64,000 nt of DNA from Paraspadella gotoi (taxonomy: Eukaryota; Animalia; Chaetognatha): assembly GCA_051294375.1 (NCBI GenBank), contig CM119263.1:26759525-26823524 (forward strand). The letters run 5' to 3'. The notes beneath the pieces are model-generated. The model ran no database searches, was not told the DNA's origin, and saw only the letters and a program-made list of their open reading frames with translations. Numbering within the stretch: position 1 is the stretch's first letter; each line of letters begins with the position of its first letter. The translations under genes and the position numbers were made by a program. Positions 1 to 12,319 of this stretch are shown here, one piece after another.

Positions 1-32
<32 letters not shown>

Positions 33-185
33 TTTCTCCCTCTTTTTTGCTTACTCAATTTTTTTTGGACTTTATTTCTTTGTAACGTCGGCCCCAAAAC
101 TTGAGCGTCGTAAAAACAGGGAGGAAAGAAAATAGTCAATTCAAAAAAGAAAACATAGAAAAATAAAATACTAGTAAAGAAACGA

Positions 186-266
186 GAAAAGAAAAGAAAA
201 GAAAAGAAAAGAAAAGAAAAGAAAAGAAAAGAAAAGAAAAGAAAAGAAAAGAAAAGAAAAGAAAAG
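186..266 (+). repeat. (GAAAA)n microsatellite
   Basis: Perfect pentanucleotide run. Confidence 0.95.
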
Positions 267-717
267 TCAAGTCCTAAAACGAATCCAAATTTTTCTCCAT
301 CCTAAATTCTCACTCCATAAGATTGCCGGATTTATTGGATAATAGTAAGAAAAATGAAAATATTTAAAATAAATATATAATACGTACCTAACTTTTAATA
401 AACAGATCTTTGTATTATGCATTACTTGCATTACTTGCTTTAGGTTTCGCTAATTCACGTATCTATGAAACAAAATTTAAAACCTAATAATAATTTTACA
501 GACAAAAACTGAACACTAGATTTGATAATGATTCGATAATCAAACACTAATTTCTAATCGGAAAAACCATAGAAACACATTCGTCGAATAATAATTATCA
601 TTACGTGAGATTCTATCTCGGGGTGTAATTTGGACAAGATATTCTTCTGACACGGGGTGCGCGTGAGGGAGGCAGACGACACCCTGGGGTGATAAAGTCG
701 TCGGTTATCGCGTCTGT

Positions 718-777
<60 letters not shown>

Positions 778-3135
778 CACGCTCGTGATAAGATCTTCTC
801 TCGTCTCTTCCCGTGATTCGAATCTCACTCGTGACTCTTCGATCGCGAGATGGTGAGGGGGCGGGGGTGAAATCTTCAAGGGGTTAGGTGATCTATGATG
901 AGGGTTAAAAAAATGGGGTTTAGTCATTACGAGGTTTGTTTTGAAGACACAAAAAGGGAATTAAGTAAGACGCTGCGGTCAAAAAGCAACGAAAGTGAGT
1001 TTACATGGGTAAAGGAATATTCAGATATCCCCCCGAGCGGATTACACGACTCTTCCCCAAAGGGGAGACAAAAGATCTTTTCCCAAGGGGGATAAAAGAT
1101 CACCCCAGTCCCCTAGGGGTCCGAACCGTTGATATCGAGGTCGGGATCAACACGATTCGTGAAGGGGAAAATGGCCCATGGAAAAAAAAAGGGAAACACG
1201 TGTAGAGAGAGAGAGATAACTCTCAGCTCTTTTTGATTTCTGAAAAAAAGACGGTGGGTATTATGGTCTCGCAAGCTCGCTGCCTCGCACGCAAGCTAAG
1301 TGGCATGCGCACCAACAGGGCCACACGAGAGCGAGCCGTGGCGAAAAAAAAATATCTTGTACATGGAGAAAAAGAAGGCGGAAAAAATAATAGCGGATTG
1401 AAAGAAATAAAAAAAAATGAGAAAAAAAAAGAAAGGATAAAAAGATGGAACGGGAACAATATGGAACCAGCTTCGCATTTCTCCTCCGCCCCCCTCCTAG
1501 CCCCCCCCCCGAAATCTCCCGTGATTTATGAAAGGGGAGAGCGCTTTAGGAGCCACGATAAACAATCTTTCCTGTAAGACTGCTTCCTCCAACGATGGAG
1601 CGGTATAGAGCATCCTTCCTGTACCGCCCGTCTCTTGTCCGGGCCAAAGCCCTTGGGATTCGACGAATGCCCGAACGACGACGATGACGATGACGACGAT
1701 GAGGTTGACGATGACGACGAAGAAGATCCCTACAATGTCGATAATGACATTAACGTCCACGAGTCGATTTAGCTTTCTCGAAGACAGAATTAGAAATCTA
1801 AGGAATTATTCTTACAAACATCAACGATCCAATTTAAGAACGAAGAGGATATTAGCTTAGAAAATCAGACATATGATGATTTTGTCCACTTTGATTTAAA
1901 AATTCCATTCAGCCATTTATAATTTATAAGTGACGTTACTTTATTCTAAGTGCCGGAACCGGACAACCTCCCATCCCTCCCAAAAAAAAACTCCCATGCG
2001 TTGCGTAAAAAAAAAACACAAAAAAAGATCCGTCCAAAATTGACGCGCGGATTTCTGAGAAATTGAACTGCTTTTTTTTTTCGCTTCTCCTTTTTAGAGA
2101 TTTTGCTTTACGATTCCGCCTGAGTGAGAATAGAGGAGGGAAAGTTTTTAGTTTTTTAGTTTTTTTGAGGCAGTTGAAAAGAGAGTTTGAGCTTTAAGTT
2201 CATTATGAAGAGCGGAGATGGTTTTAAAGACGGTTTCCCGTACTTGGAACTTGGGAAATGTTTTTAGAATTATTCCTTGTTCCATTCGGCCATCTTTGCT
2301 ACTTTTTCTTCTTACCTTACTAACTTACCCTCCCCATAAAATAAACTAAAAGTATTCACTACAGCAACAGCATCAGCGAAAGGGACAGCGTCATTCGTCC
2401 CGGTTTTGTTTTAGGGTCAAAAAACCTCAAAGGTCGGAAAACCTCCTTGGCAACGAGAACGGGTGGCAACCGACGCCAACGTCGTAACCAAGGCAACCGA
2501 TTTCCAACCTCCGTTTTCCGGCCAAAAAAAAAAAGTCAGAAACCAGAAAAAAAGGGGTGGATTGGTGTCGGTGGTGCCGGAGAAGCGTCATGCGTCACCG
2601 GGTTACGTTTGTCAGGCGCCGTAAAAAACGTGGAAAAAAACTAACAAGCGCGGCAAAAATGGATTACCAATGTGAGCGTTTATCACTGAAAATCTTTTTT
2701 CGGTCAGTCATTCATTTTGTTCTTTCTTTCATTCTTCCGTCCATTTTTTTCTTTCTTTTTCTTATTTTTCCGCTTGGCACCGCGACCAGCGCCGGAGGCA
2801 CCCTGAGTCACTTCGCTGCGTCCTCATAAATGACAATTGTATCTCCCGTCCGTTTTGGGTCCTGTGCCAAGATCCGCATCAGATCCGAAATCGAGGTTCT
2901 AAATTTGACCCCGAAGAAGATTTCGAGTATTGTAAAGCGTAATGAATAATGTATTGTCGGGAAATGTCATGATGAGTTATCGGATGTAACAGTCAAATGG
3001 TGGGAGTTTAATCCTTTTTTATAAATTAATTGTTCTTTTTTTAAGTGTCTCCCTCTCTCCGTGACAGTTCATTTTTACACAAGAATCATCTTGAATGTGA
3101 GTGGTCTCTCTCTCTCTCTCTCTCTCTCCTCTCTC

Positions 3136-3166
<31 letters not shown>

Positions 3167-3585
3167 ATCTCTTCTCTCTCTCTCTTGTATGGCCACGTTA
3201 TCTGCTTCATCGGATTCACCCGAGTTCAGTGCGGATTCTGTCAACTGTTTAACTCTCACTGTTCAATTGTCCTTTTTTAAATTCCGTTAGGAGGACGGAA
3301 AACGTAAGATAAAAATTTTAAAAGTAAAAGAAAATAAAAAAGGCGTCAACTGCAATAACCACCTGCTGACCTGCGTAGAGATGTCGGTCGATATCTGTTG
3401 CATTGACATTAAATAAAAGAAAAAGAAAAAGACAAATTACCGTGTGTAGTAATAGGCTCCAATTGTTTTCTTAAATACTAGTTTAAAAATTCCAAACTTC
3501 ACTTCGCCTTTTACCCTCGAGGCCGATATTATCTTCCTACAATTTACTTTCCACTTCGAAACTGGCTCAAGAGAGAAAAGAGAGA

Positions 3586-3661
<76 letters not shown>

Positions 3662-4302
3662 AAAGGAAGACACAGAAAAAAAGAAGAAATCGTTAACCGC
3701 TACACGGATCGTAAAGCTTTCCTTTCCTTTTTTTTTCTTTTCTCTCTCTTTCTTTCTTTTTTTCTCCTCTTTTTTCCTCCTTTTTCCTCCGTCGAAGGAA
3801 ATTTTATCTGCCCTTTCCTTTCCTCTTTTTTTTTTCGAGTCTCAAAAGGAAAATGGAGCCTCACGTTTTTCGAAGCGTGAAAACGTAAGGAGACAAGATT
3901 TGATTCGGTTCAATGAAAACCGCGCGCGAGATGGCGGGCGGTGGTCCCGTTAGATTTGTATGTGGTGCACTGTGCTGTGTGCAGTGTGCTGGGTTTTGCG
4001 TGCGATGGCGTTCGTTTGTTACGCTGGAGTGCGTTATTGTGCTGGCGTGTACGGTATCGATCTTTTGCACATAATAAGGATACTTTGCTATTGTGAAATG
4101 AAAAAAACTAGTACACCTTTGTGATGCACAATAGGTAGTCCTATTTTATTTGTTAAGGTAAAGAAATTGTAAAGAAAGAAAACTGTTGGTAACTAAAGAA
4201 TTTCTAAAAGAACAAGTGGCTAATTATGGCTAATGGATAAAATCCAAAAAATATAATCAAAGAAGCGAAATAAAGGAGATAAATTTTTTTAAAGAAGCAG
4301 AA

Positions 4303-4341
<39 letters not shown>

Positions 4342-5340
4342 CGAGTTCGAAAGATAATGGAAATCTTTGGAAGCGTGAAGAGTCGATTGCCGATTCGTTG
4401 ACTCGTTTATCGGAACGAAAATATCGCCTTTCTATCTCCTTCATTCGAACGAAAAGTTAATTAACATGCGACGACGACGACGACGACGATATCGACGACG
4501 ATGACGACGACAACGATATCGACGACGATAACGACGATGGCGGAACTGCGCGTCTTCCTTCCGGCGAAAAGGATTCATTTCGAATCTGGTTGCGAACTTG
4601 GGTTTGGTGCCATCAATTACCATTTCGCGTCGTTTTTTTTCCCTGGTGCCATCGATTACCAACTGTGCCATTCTCTTGATTGCGTTGTCAAATATGGTTC
4701 TACACTTTACTGGAGCCATCCATCCTTTTCTTTCCACCCTTTACTGGAGCTATAAAGTTTGATGCCACCGTTTGCTACCACTACCACTGCTACCACTGGC
4801 TCCATCTTTTTGCTGCTGCCATCAATTACCGATGGCGCTAGAAAAAAACTTGACTCGCTTCTCTTTTCGTTGCTATGGTTTCCAAGGACGAGTGACGCCG
4901 AAAACAGAAGCTCATTTGCATACTAAACTCTTGGGCGAAATAAGATTTAAAAAAAAATAAAAACGTAGTTATTTTTTGAGGCAAAAATTATTTTATTAAT
5001 ATTAAAGAAAGTTTCTGGTAATACTAATAGGGGGGAAGCAGACTTACCACCTTAGCTAAGATTTAGAGGGGAACACATAAAAGAAAATAATTTGTATAAA
5101 AATTTAAATCTTATTTATACAAAAAAACTTCTGCTTACTTTTTTGATGTCAACTATCATAAGGCAGTAGGACAGTCAATAGCCGACTATCGAACCCTTGA
5201 CTTTTCGGTCGCACTCCGACTATCACTATCTAACTAAGTAATGCTAGAAAACAAAGCCTCTATTTCCACTTTAAAAAAAAATATTGGGTTTTAATCGAAA
5301 TGCGAATCTCGTTCTGAGAGAAGGAGGACGACGACAACGA

Positions 5341-5460
5341 CGAGGAAAACGACGACCTCGATGCTCACAACGACGACGATCACGACGACGACGACGACGA
5401 CGAGGAAAACGACGACCTCGACGCTCACAACGACGACGATCACGACGACGACGACGACGT
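5341..5460 (+). repeat. 60 bp tandem repeat x2, (GAC)-rich
   Basis: cgaggaaaacgacgacctcga(t/c)gctcacaacgacgacgatcacgacgacg... occurs twice. Confidence 0.9.
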
Positions 5461-6035
5461 CGACGACCGGAAAGTAGAACAGAATCGTAATTCCTCGTTT
5501 TTCTCGCGGGTGACAAACGATATTAAACTTCGATGGAAAGAGATGAGAGAAAAAGGAGATAGAAGAAGATGAGAAGGAGATTGGAAGGAGATACTAGAAA
5601 TGAAAGAACTGAAAGGAGAGAGGAGAATACAAAAAAAAAACAAAAAAAAAAAAAACAGGAATTTTAAACTAAAGACTGTTTCAACAAAAATATCGAAATA
5701 ATAAATTACGCCATCTTCGCTAGTAAAAGGCAACTGGAGCCGTTGTTACAAATTTGGAATTCTCTGCAACGAATGTCGCGAAGATTCCCCCTTTGGAATA
5801 AGCGGCAATGAGGCCTTCAACGTCGAAAGAAACTTGGCCTAAATTTTGCTGAGATGACGCGATGACGACGACGACGACGACGACGAAACGAAGACTGAAC
5901 TGATGGGATGAGAAGAGAGATGGCGTCGCGTCGACGAACTCAAAACCGCCCCCCTCCCCTTCCATACTTCCTCTCTTCATTGGATAAGAAGAGGGCGTCG
6001 AACGATGTGTGTCTCTTTTTATTTAAAGAATGGAA

Positions 6036-6240
6036 GATATGGGACCAGGGATGGGGTTAGAGATAAAAATAGAGATGGGACCTTGGATGAGGTTAGAGAT
6101 AAAAATAGAGATGGGTGAAGTAATAGAGATGGGACCAGGGATGGGGTTAGAGATAAAAATAGAGATGGGGAAGTAATAGAAATGGGACCAGGGATGGGGT
6201 TAGAGATAAAAATAGAGATGGCTAAGTAATAGAGATGGAA
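6036..6240 (+). repeat. Purine-rich minisatellite (gatgggaccagggatggggttagagataaaaatagag units)
   Basis: About four ~36 bp units plus short variant units. The inverted copy (~13565-13740) is shorter. Confidence 0.85.
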
Positions 6241-8430
6241 ATACACTTGGATGTGGGGTTACAGACGAGTTTCGAGATGGGACATTGAGGGATACAGATG
6301 AAACGAGGTTATTTCTCTGGTTGTATAGAGGGATTCTGTAAATACCGATTAGAAAACCTGAAGAGATTAACCTAAATTTAGACGAGAAAATCGCCTCAGC
6401 AGTCGATGAACCAAGAGGAGGCCAGAGGCATCATCAAAAGGTTTTTTGCTTAATTTTTTTTTTTTTTTTACTCGATTTGATGCTCGTTGTCGTTCTGGCG
6501 TAGCGTCACCGACGTGACCAATAATCTATTGAGTCGCTCCTTCGATAACGCGGAACTCCTCACGGCGATTCCGGTTGACGCGACATCGACCCACATCGCC
6601 GGAAGAAGACGTCAATAGATCCGTGACGTCACGTTTGACGTCACGGCTGACGTCAACGAGAATCTTCGTTGACGTCAAAAAGGGATTAAGACTGAAATGG
6701 ATTCCGGATGCGAAACGTCGAAATCTGGTCGTCGATGTCAGCGCTATGATTGACGTCGAAACGAATGGGACAAGAATGGAGCGAGGATGGAAATGCGGCA
6801 TTTCTCAACGGAGTGGATTTTCCTTTTGGGATTTTAACCAGATGGTCATTTAGATATTAGAGAGTTTGAGAGAGACAGAGATTGCATTGGTAAAGTTGGG
6901 ATAAACTGATTAGATATTAATTTGTTTTTAATTTTTGAATTGGAGTTATTATAGTGAATTAAAATTATTCTAAGCCAGATTTTTGTTTGTCATCGTTAGT
7001 TACGTATGTGAATGATAAATTAATCATTTCTCCGCAATTGAAACAGGAATAAATTAACTAAGATTTCAAATTCGAGGATGACACGAGGAAGTGAACATCA
7101 AAACGACTCAATACATCAGGATTCAATAATGACATAAAAAAAGTCTTTTTTAATGGCGGCCTCTACGTCACAGAAGAGACAAGACAGCCAGAGGGCGCCG
7201 ACGTCAAAGTCGCGCCGGACGTCAAAGCGGACGAGGAAGGCAACGAGGGCGTGACGCAAATTATCCCCTGAAAATTGACTCGTCAGAACCGCGGAACTAA
7301 TTCCGAGGCGGGGGGGAGGGGTGGAGGGGAATTTGGGGTTTTCGGGTGTGGGTGGGTGGGTTGTGGGTCAGGATGGAGTGCGGAAAGGATGAGTCGGTGG
7401 GGAGTTGACGGGTCGCTGGGTTCACAGGAAATGAATAAGTGGGTTTTTGCGCTCAACTGATGTGAGCGGCGACGTGGAAAAATAGAGAGGACACTGAAAA
7501 TCAGAGTCACTTGGGAATTAAGGGAATATNNNNNNNNNNNNNNNNNNNNNNNNNTGAAATTTTTCTTAGATTTTGTTAAAAACCCGAAATTTTCAAAATA
7601 AAATAAAAAATAAAGTTAATTTTTTTTTATTTTTTCGTCCAAATTTTATTCCCAAATTTTGGAAAAAATATAGATTTATATCTTAGATTGTCTGAAAGGG
7701 CTTTTAACCATTGGGAAATTCTTATTTCAGAATTTCAAAAGCAAGATAGCGACGAGAATGCGACTGATAAGTTTAATGGGAGCCGAAAGATGCGAACGCA
7801 GAGAGAGAATACGCTCGTGAGTTTCACTCGATGATTTACACTGAGTTCACATTTTCACAATTCCATTATTCTTCGCCGATTAATTTCTTCGCACTTCGCT
7901 TCCGGGAACTTTCTTTCTCTTTTCTTCTTATTCTTCTCTTTTTCTTCTTTTATTTTCCTTTCTTTATTCCTTTCTATCCAATCCCTCTCCTTTCTATTAT
8001 CCTTCTTTCTCTCTGTGACCCTTTCCTTTTATGACGATGCGCACCCAATTGCTCCTTCGATCGTAGAGGGCCGCGCACTGTGTCTAAATGCAAAGTTCTT
8101 GAGAGAAAAAAAGTTAAAGAACAAAATAAGAAGAGGAAAAAAAAAAGGGGAAAAATGAAAATAGAAAGAATGAAGAAAAAAATAAAAAAACTGAGGACGA
8201 AAAAAAATTAAAAAAAACGAAAGAAAAAAGAAAGAAAGAAAGAACAAAGAAAGAAAGAAGAAAGAAAGAAAGAAAGAAAGAAAAGATAAGAAAGAAAAGA
8301 AAGAAAGAAAGAAGAAAGAAAAAAGAAAAAAAGAAAGAAATAAAACAAAGAAAGAAAGACAGAAAGAATTTTAAGCTATCTCGGTCGAATCCTTTCTGAT
8401 TTCTATCCTTCACTATCTCTCTCTTCTTCT

Positions 8431-8505
<75 letters not shown>

Positions 8506-8582
8506 GTCACGACGACGTCAAGACGACGTTTAAGACTCTTGAGCCCATAAGCGTCATCACTGTCCCTTCATTCATTCCAGCT

Positions 8583-8662
<80 letters not shown>

Positions 8663-8960
8663 CCCTGGGATTCCTCCCAGCCTTATGATCATGGACGGAC
8701 CGTCAGCCACGAAAATCGTCTCCCTCCCTCCGATCCTTTCAGGCGAAAAATTCGCTCGGCTCTCCCATGATGATCCACACGAACACAAGACTCCCACAAT
8801 ATTCCTTTAAGTTCCCAAGTGATACTTGATTTTCAGTTGTCCTCTCTATTTTTCCACGTTCGCCGCTCACATCAGTTGAGCGCAAAAAACCCACTTATTC
8901 ATTTCCTGTGAACCCAGCGACCCGTCAACTCCCACCGACTCATCCTTTCCGCCACTCCAT

Positions 8961-9294
8961 CAACGAAGGAAGTAGGCGTGGTTTTATTATGTGCAGAAAA
9001 TAGGAGGAGTTTTATTGACATAAGAAACACGTTGGGATGATAATAATTAACATACAAAATATGTAGAATTATGCAGAGAAAAGGCAGACCAATAAACAAT
9101 ATAACAAAATTAGTCCATAAGGAGTTTGATGTTTGTTTCTTGAAGGTAAGGTTGATAGGAGTGATCTCGTTCCCTCTCTCGGTTTCTCTGCCGTCGGTTT
9201 CCTGAGGGAAGCCTCCTCTCTGATTGCGTCAATCAGAAGAAGAGCGAGAGCCAGAGAGAGACAAGCCACTAGATAAATCCATTCCTCTGCGTTG
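8961..9294 (-). repeat. 3' LTR (in minus-strand orientation)
   Basis: caacgaaggaagtaggcgtg...caagccactagataaatccattcctctgcgttg is repeated at 11990-12319. Minus-strand AATAAA lies near the LTR end (plus-strand tttatt at ~8983-8988). Confidence 0.85.
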
Positions 9295-9297
9295 TCA

Positions 9298-9310
9298 CCC
9301 CCCCTCCCAT
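9298..9310 (-). other. Polypurine tract
   Basis: Minus strand ATGGGAGGGGGGG lies directly upstream of (TGA)CAACG at the start of the 3' LTR. Confidence 0.75.
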
Positions 9311-11971
9311 TGCGAGACCTTCTCGCTGTCATCTGCAGAATTGCGCAGCGTTTTCATATCCCAAGTCTCTATTCATCCCATCTCCTTGTCTATATATTGG
9401 CCCCTTGTCGAGCTCATAATGTCCTCCTCAGGTGTGGATGAAGAGGCTGTGGAGAAGTTGATGTCCACCATGGTAGGTTATTGCTCCATCACCAAGTTGC
9501 GTCATTGTTAATGTAATGGATATCAATCTGTTAATTTGTTTAGGAGAACATGTTAAGTGCCGTTCTAGCTTTCTGCCAATGGGCTTAGCTGGTTGTATCT
9601 GATTTTTAGCGTTTTGGTGATTGATGCGTTGGTTTGACTTTTTAAGATCCATCAGTTTTGGGATGATTCTGGATAGGATCTGCTTGTTTCTTAGTGTTTT
9701 TCTTTCTCAACCTTTTCCTTGATTTATCTGGCTTATAATTTTTGAGATTTGTTTGCACTAAGAATTTTTCAAGCATTGACATATTCAGTAGTAAGTTTCT
9801 CAGTTGGTTCTTCTATGGACTGAATTTTTTGTCTCAAAGCTGTACACTGGGGAGAGACTTTTGGTTGTTGCTGTGGCACGGTTCCATTATGTTATTTTGG
9901 AATGATAAGTGCTGATTCATTGATATGACTTTGGTCGAGTCTTTCTTCTTTGTAAGTTTCCTTGTTGCTTTGATTGATCTCAAATTGCTGTTATGCTTCA
10001 AGGCCAGCTTGGTCAGTTTGGTAAAGATTAGAAATTTCATTCTAGCGGTATCTGGAGAGGAGTTTTAATCAATATTGGAGAAGTCAGGTTAGAACCTGCT
10101 AGATTTGGCTGGGGGTTCCTAGTCTGTGATGTTGCCATTGTATGTATTTGGGCGTTTCATTCCAGTTTGGTGTTGCCATTGTATTGCTAGTTTGGGGGTT
10201 CATCAGTTTGTGTTGAAACTGTCTTTTTTAAATGTTTTGCTTTGTGCGTTCTTTAATGTCTTTGTTTGCTATTCTTGTTTCTTCTATATTACATATTGGG
10301 GATTATCTGTTTGTGTTGAAATTGTCATGCAAGTGTTTTTGGATTTGTAAGGCATCTGTTTGTATTTCTGAATCCCTTATGGTTGGTTTAGTTGAGCTGT
10401 TTGTAGCAGGAGAGTTGCTGGCCTTTTTCTTTTTCCTAAGTTCAGGTGGCCCAGAGAATATTTCGCGCAAAATACCTGTTCTATGGTAAGTTTCTTAGGC
10501 TGGTATTGCCTGTTTTTTGTTTCTTCTCCGGCTTTTATGGCTAGTTGATTCGAGCTCTTTTTCTTCCTCTGTGGTCTTTTCTACATCGTTTTTACTTCGC
10601 TTTACATTTATCTTTGTCCTCAGTACCTTCAGATTTTGAATGGTTTGCTACTTTAAATTGTGCCATTGAAATAATTCACCTTGCTAAACGTCTTTCCTCT
10701 TATTCTTTCTGCTATCCTTTTTTCTTCTTCCTTTCTTTTCTTTTCTTCTTTTATTTTTCTTCTCGATAAACGATCAATTCAGCTTTTAAAAATGATGCCA
10801 TCTTCATATCATTAGCACCCTTATGCTACAATTCATAGTTTTTTTCTGGCCTGATCAAATAACATGTTTTTCACAGTTGTGGAGTTCGTCTTAGACTGAA
10901 TGGGTACGCAATATCCATTTGCCAAGGTTTGGTTTTGATTCAATTTGAAGAATCATAAGAGGTGCTTGGGCTTCTAAATGAAAGACGGGCCTCATGAGTT
11001 TAAGTTATTTTGAAACAGTTTTATTACTCCTAATGTGTGGTCCATTCAAATGTTGAGGGGGCTGAAAAGTACTTGTGTAGAGATCGCATTTCTTAAAATT
11101 ATTTCATTTCAATGCTAATCTGGCGCTTCGGGAATAGAGATAGGGTGGTCGGGTGAGAAATGAGCTTAGAAGCTGCATTTCAATTGACTTTTTCATTTTG
11201 GTCACGGATTGGCCATTGTTTGGCCCGTTGCCAGTTTCTTTTCTGGTACCGGTTTTTTATGTGTAGGAGCATTTCTGTTTAAAGGGTTGAGAGAGAAATT
11301 TTATTGTTTTTAATGTCGCGACTTTTGCCTTGGCTTCTTTTATCTGGATTAGGATTAACAGGGAGCAGTTCGAGTTTTCTTTGTGTTTGGGAGCAATTGC
11401 TGGGTCACGTGACTGCGTGGCTCAGAGAGAAAACACATGGTCGTCGGGAAAGGATCTTTTGATAAGTTGGCGGTCGTTTTTTTGAACTGCAACGTAATGG
11501 GGGGAGTTTTTAAATTAGAAGTTTAATATATCAGAGATATAATTTTTTTGTAAGCTTGAAAAGTTGAGGGATCGGGTTCTTCAAGTTTGGAAAATGTGTA
11601 GTTTTTTAATTTTTTTTGTTTTTTTTTTTGGTTTTTTTTTTCACTTCAGGCTACAATTGAACGCACTCTAATCTCAAAAATAAAATTGTTTTTAGAGTTT
11701 GGTTTTTTTTTTACTTGATTTTTTTGTCCTTTCACGAAACAACTTTTTTTTTTGGGGGGGGGGAGTGGATCTTTTTCAATCGCTTTAACTTAATGGGAGA
11801 TTATTTTTTCTTAAAATTTTCATGTTATTATTTAGTTTAATAAAGAAAGAGTTTTTATATTTTGGGAGTTTTTTATTTTAAGGAGGATGACGTAAAATTG
11901 GTGTTTACTTCTAAAAGTAGGTAGCGTAGTTCCGGTAGATGTGGTCTTCTTAGGAGGCGCTGGATGAGTCT

Positions 11972-11988
11972 AATCCAGTCCGTCACCA
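11972..11988 (-). other. Primer-binding site, tRNA-His-like
   Basis: Minus strand reads TGGTGACGGACTGGATT one base inside the LTR. It resembles the complement of the eukaryotic tRNA-His 3' end (TGGTGCCGTGACTCGGATT) with 1 mismatch and 2 deletions, in indel-rich sequence. Confidence 0.55.
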
Positions 11989-11989
11989 A

Positions 11990-12319
11990 CAACGAAGGAA
12001 GTAGGCGTGTTTATTTATGTGAGAAATAGGAGGAGTTTTATTGACATAAGAACACGTTGGATTGATAATAATTAACATTACAAAAATATCTAGATTATGC
12101 AGAGAAAAAGGCAGGCAAATAAACAATATAACAAATAGTCCATAAGAGGTTTGATGTGCTTTCTATGAAGGTAAGTTGAAGAGTGCATTCTCGTTTCCCC
12201 TCTCGTTCTCTGCCGTCGGTTTGCCTTGAGGAAGCCTCCTCTCTGATTGGTCAATCAGAAGGAAAAGATGGAAGAAGCCAAGAGTGACAAGCCACTAGAT
12301 AATCCATTCTCTGCGTTTG
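11990..12319 (-). repeat. 5' LTR (in minus-strand orientation)
   Basis: Direct repeat of 8961-9294 with many small indels. It is directly adjacent to the PBS-like sequence. Confidence 0.85.

Larger units (their letters stand above)
4748..7529 (+). repeat. Inverted duplication, arm A (no LTR insertion)
   Basis: Its reverse complement matches 8797-8960 plus 12320-15088, e.g. gctataaagtttgatgccaccg vs cggtgcatcaaactttatag. It ends at a 25-N gap. Confidence 0.9.
8961..12319 (-). mobile_element. Non-autonomous LTR retrotransposon-like insertion (~3.36 kb)
   Basis: Two ~330 bp direct repeats (8961-9294, 11990-12319), a PBS-like sequence next to one and a polypurine tract next to the other. The flanks join up to match the uninterrupted empty site at ~7361-7383 in the inverted duplicate arm. 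Probable TSD is CCAT (8957-8960 and 12320-12323). Confidence 0.85.

Noticed and set aside
554-927. RE-, SL-, poly-R/D/T and FFLS-repeat ORFs here and throughout the window
   Set aside because: They are translations of (GA)n, (GAC)n and (CTTT)n microsatellites with no domain content.
10700-11060. In-frame TAA/TAG in coding-like sequence suggesting an alternative genetic code
   Set aside because: The sulfotransferase uses CAA/CAG for Gln with no internal TAA/TAG. The stops are explained by indel noise or decay.
11925-11988. tRNA-like 3' end (hairpin ctggat-7nt-atccag followed by ...gtcacca)
   Set aside because: No full cloverleaf can be folded, and eukaryotic tRNA genes do not encode CCA. It is better explained as the complement of the LTR primer-binding site.
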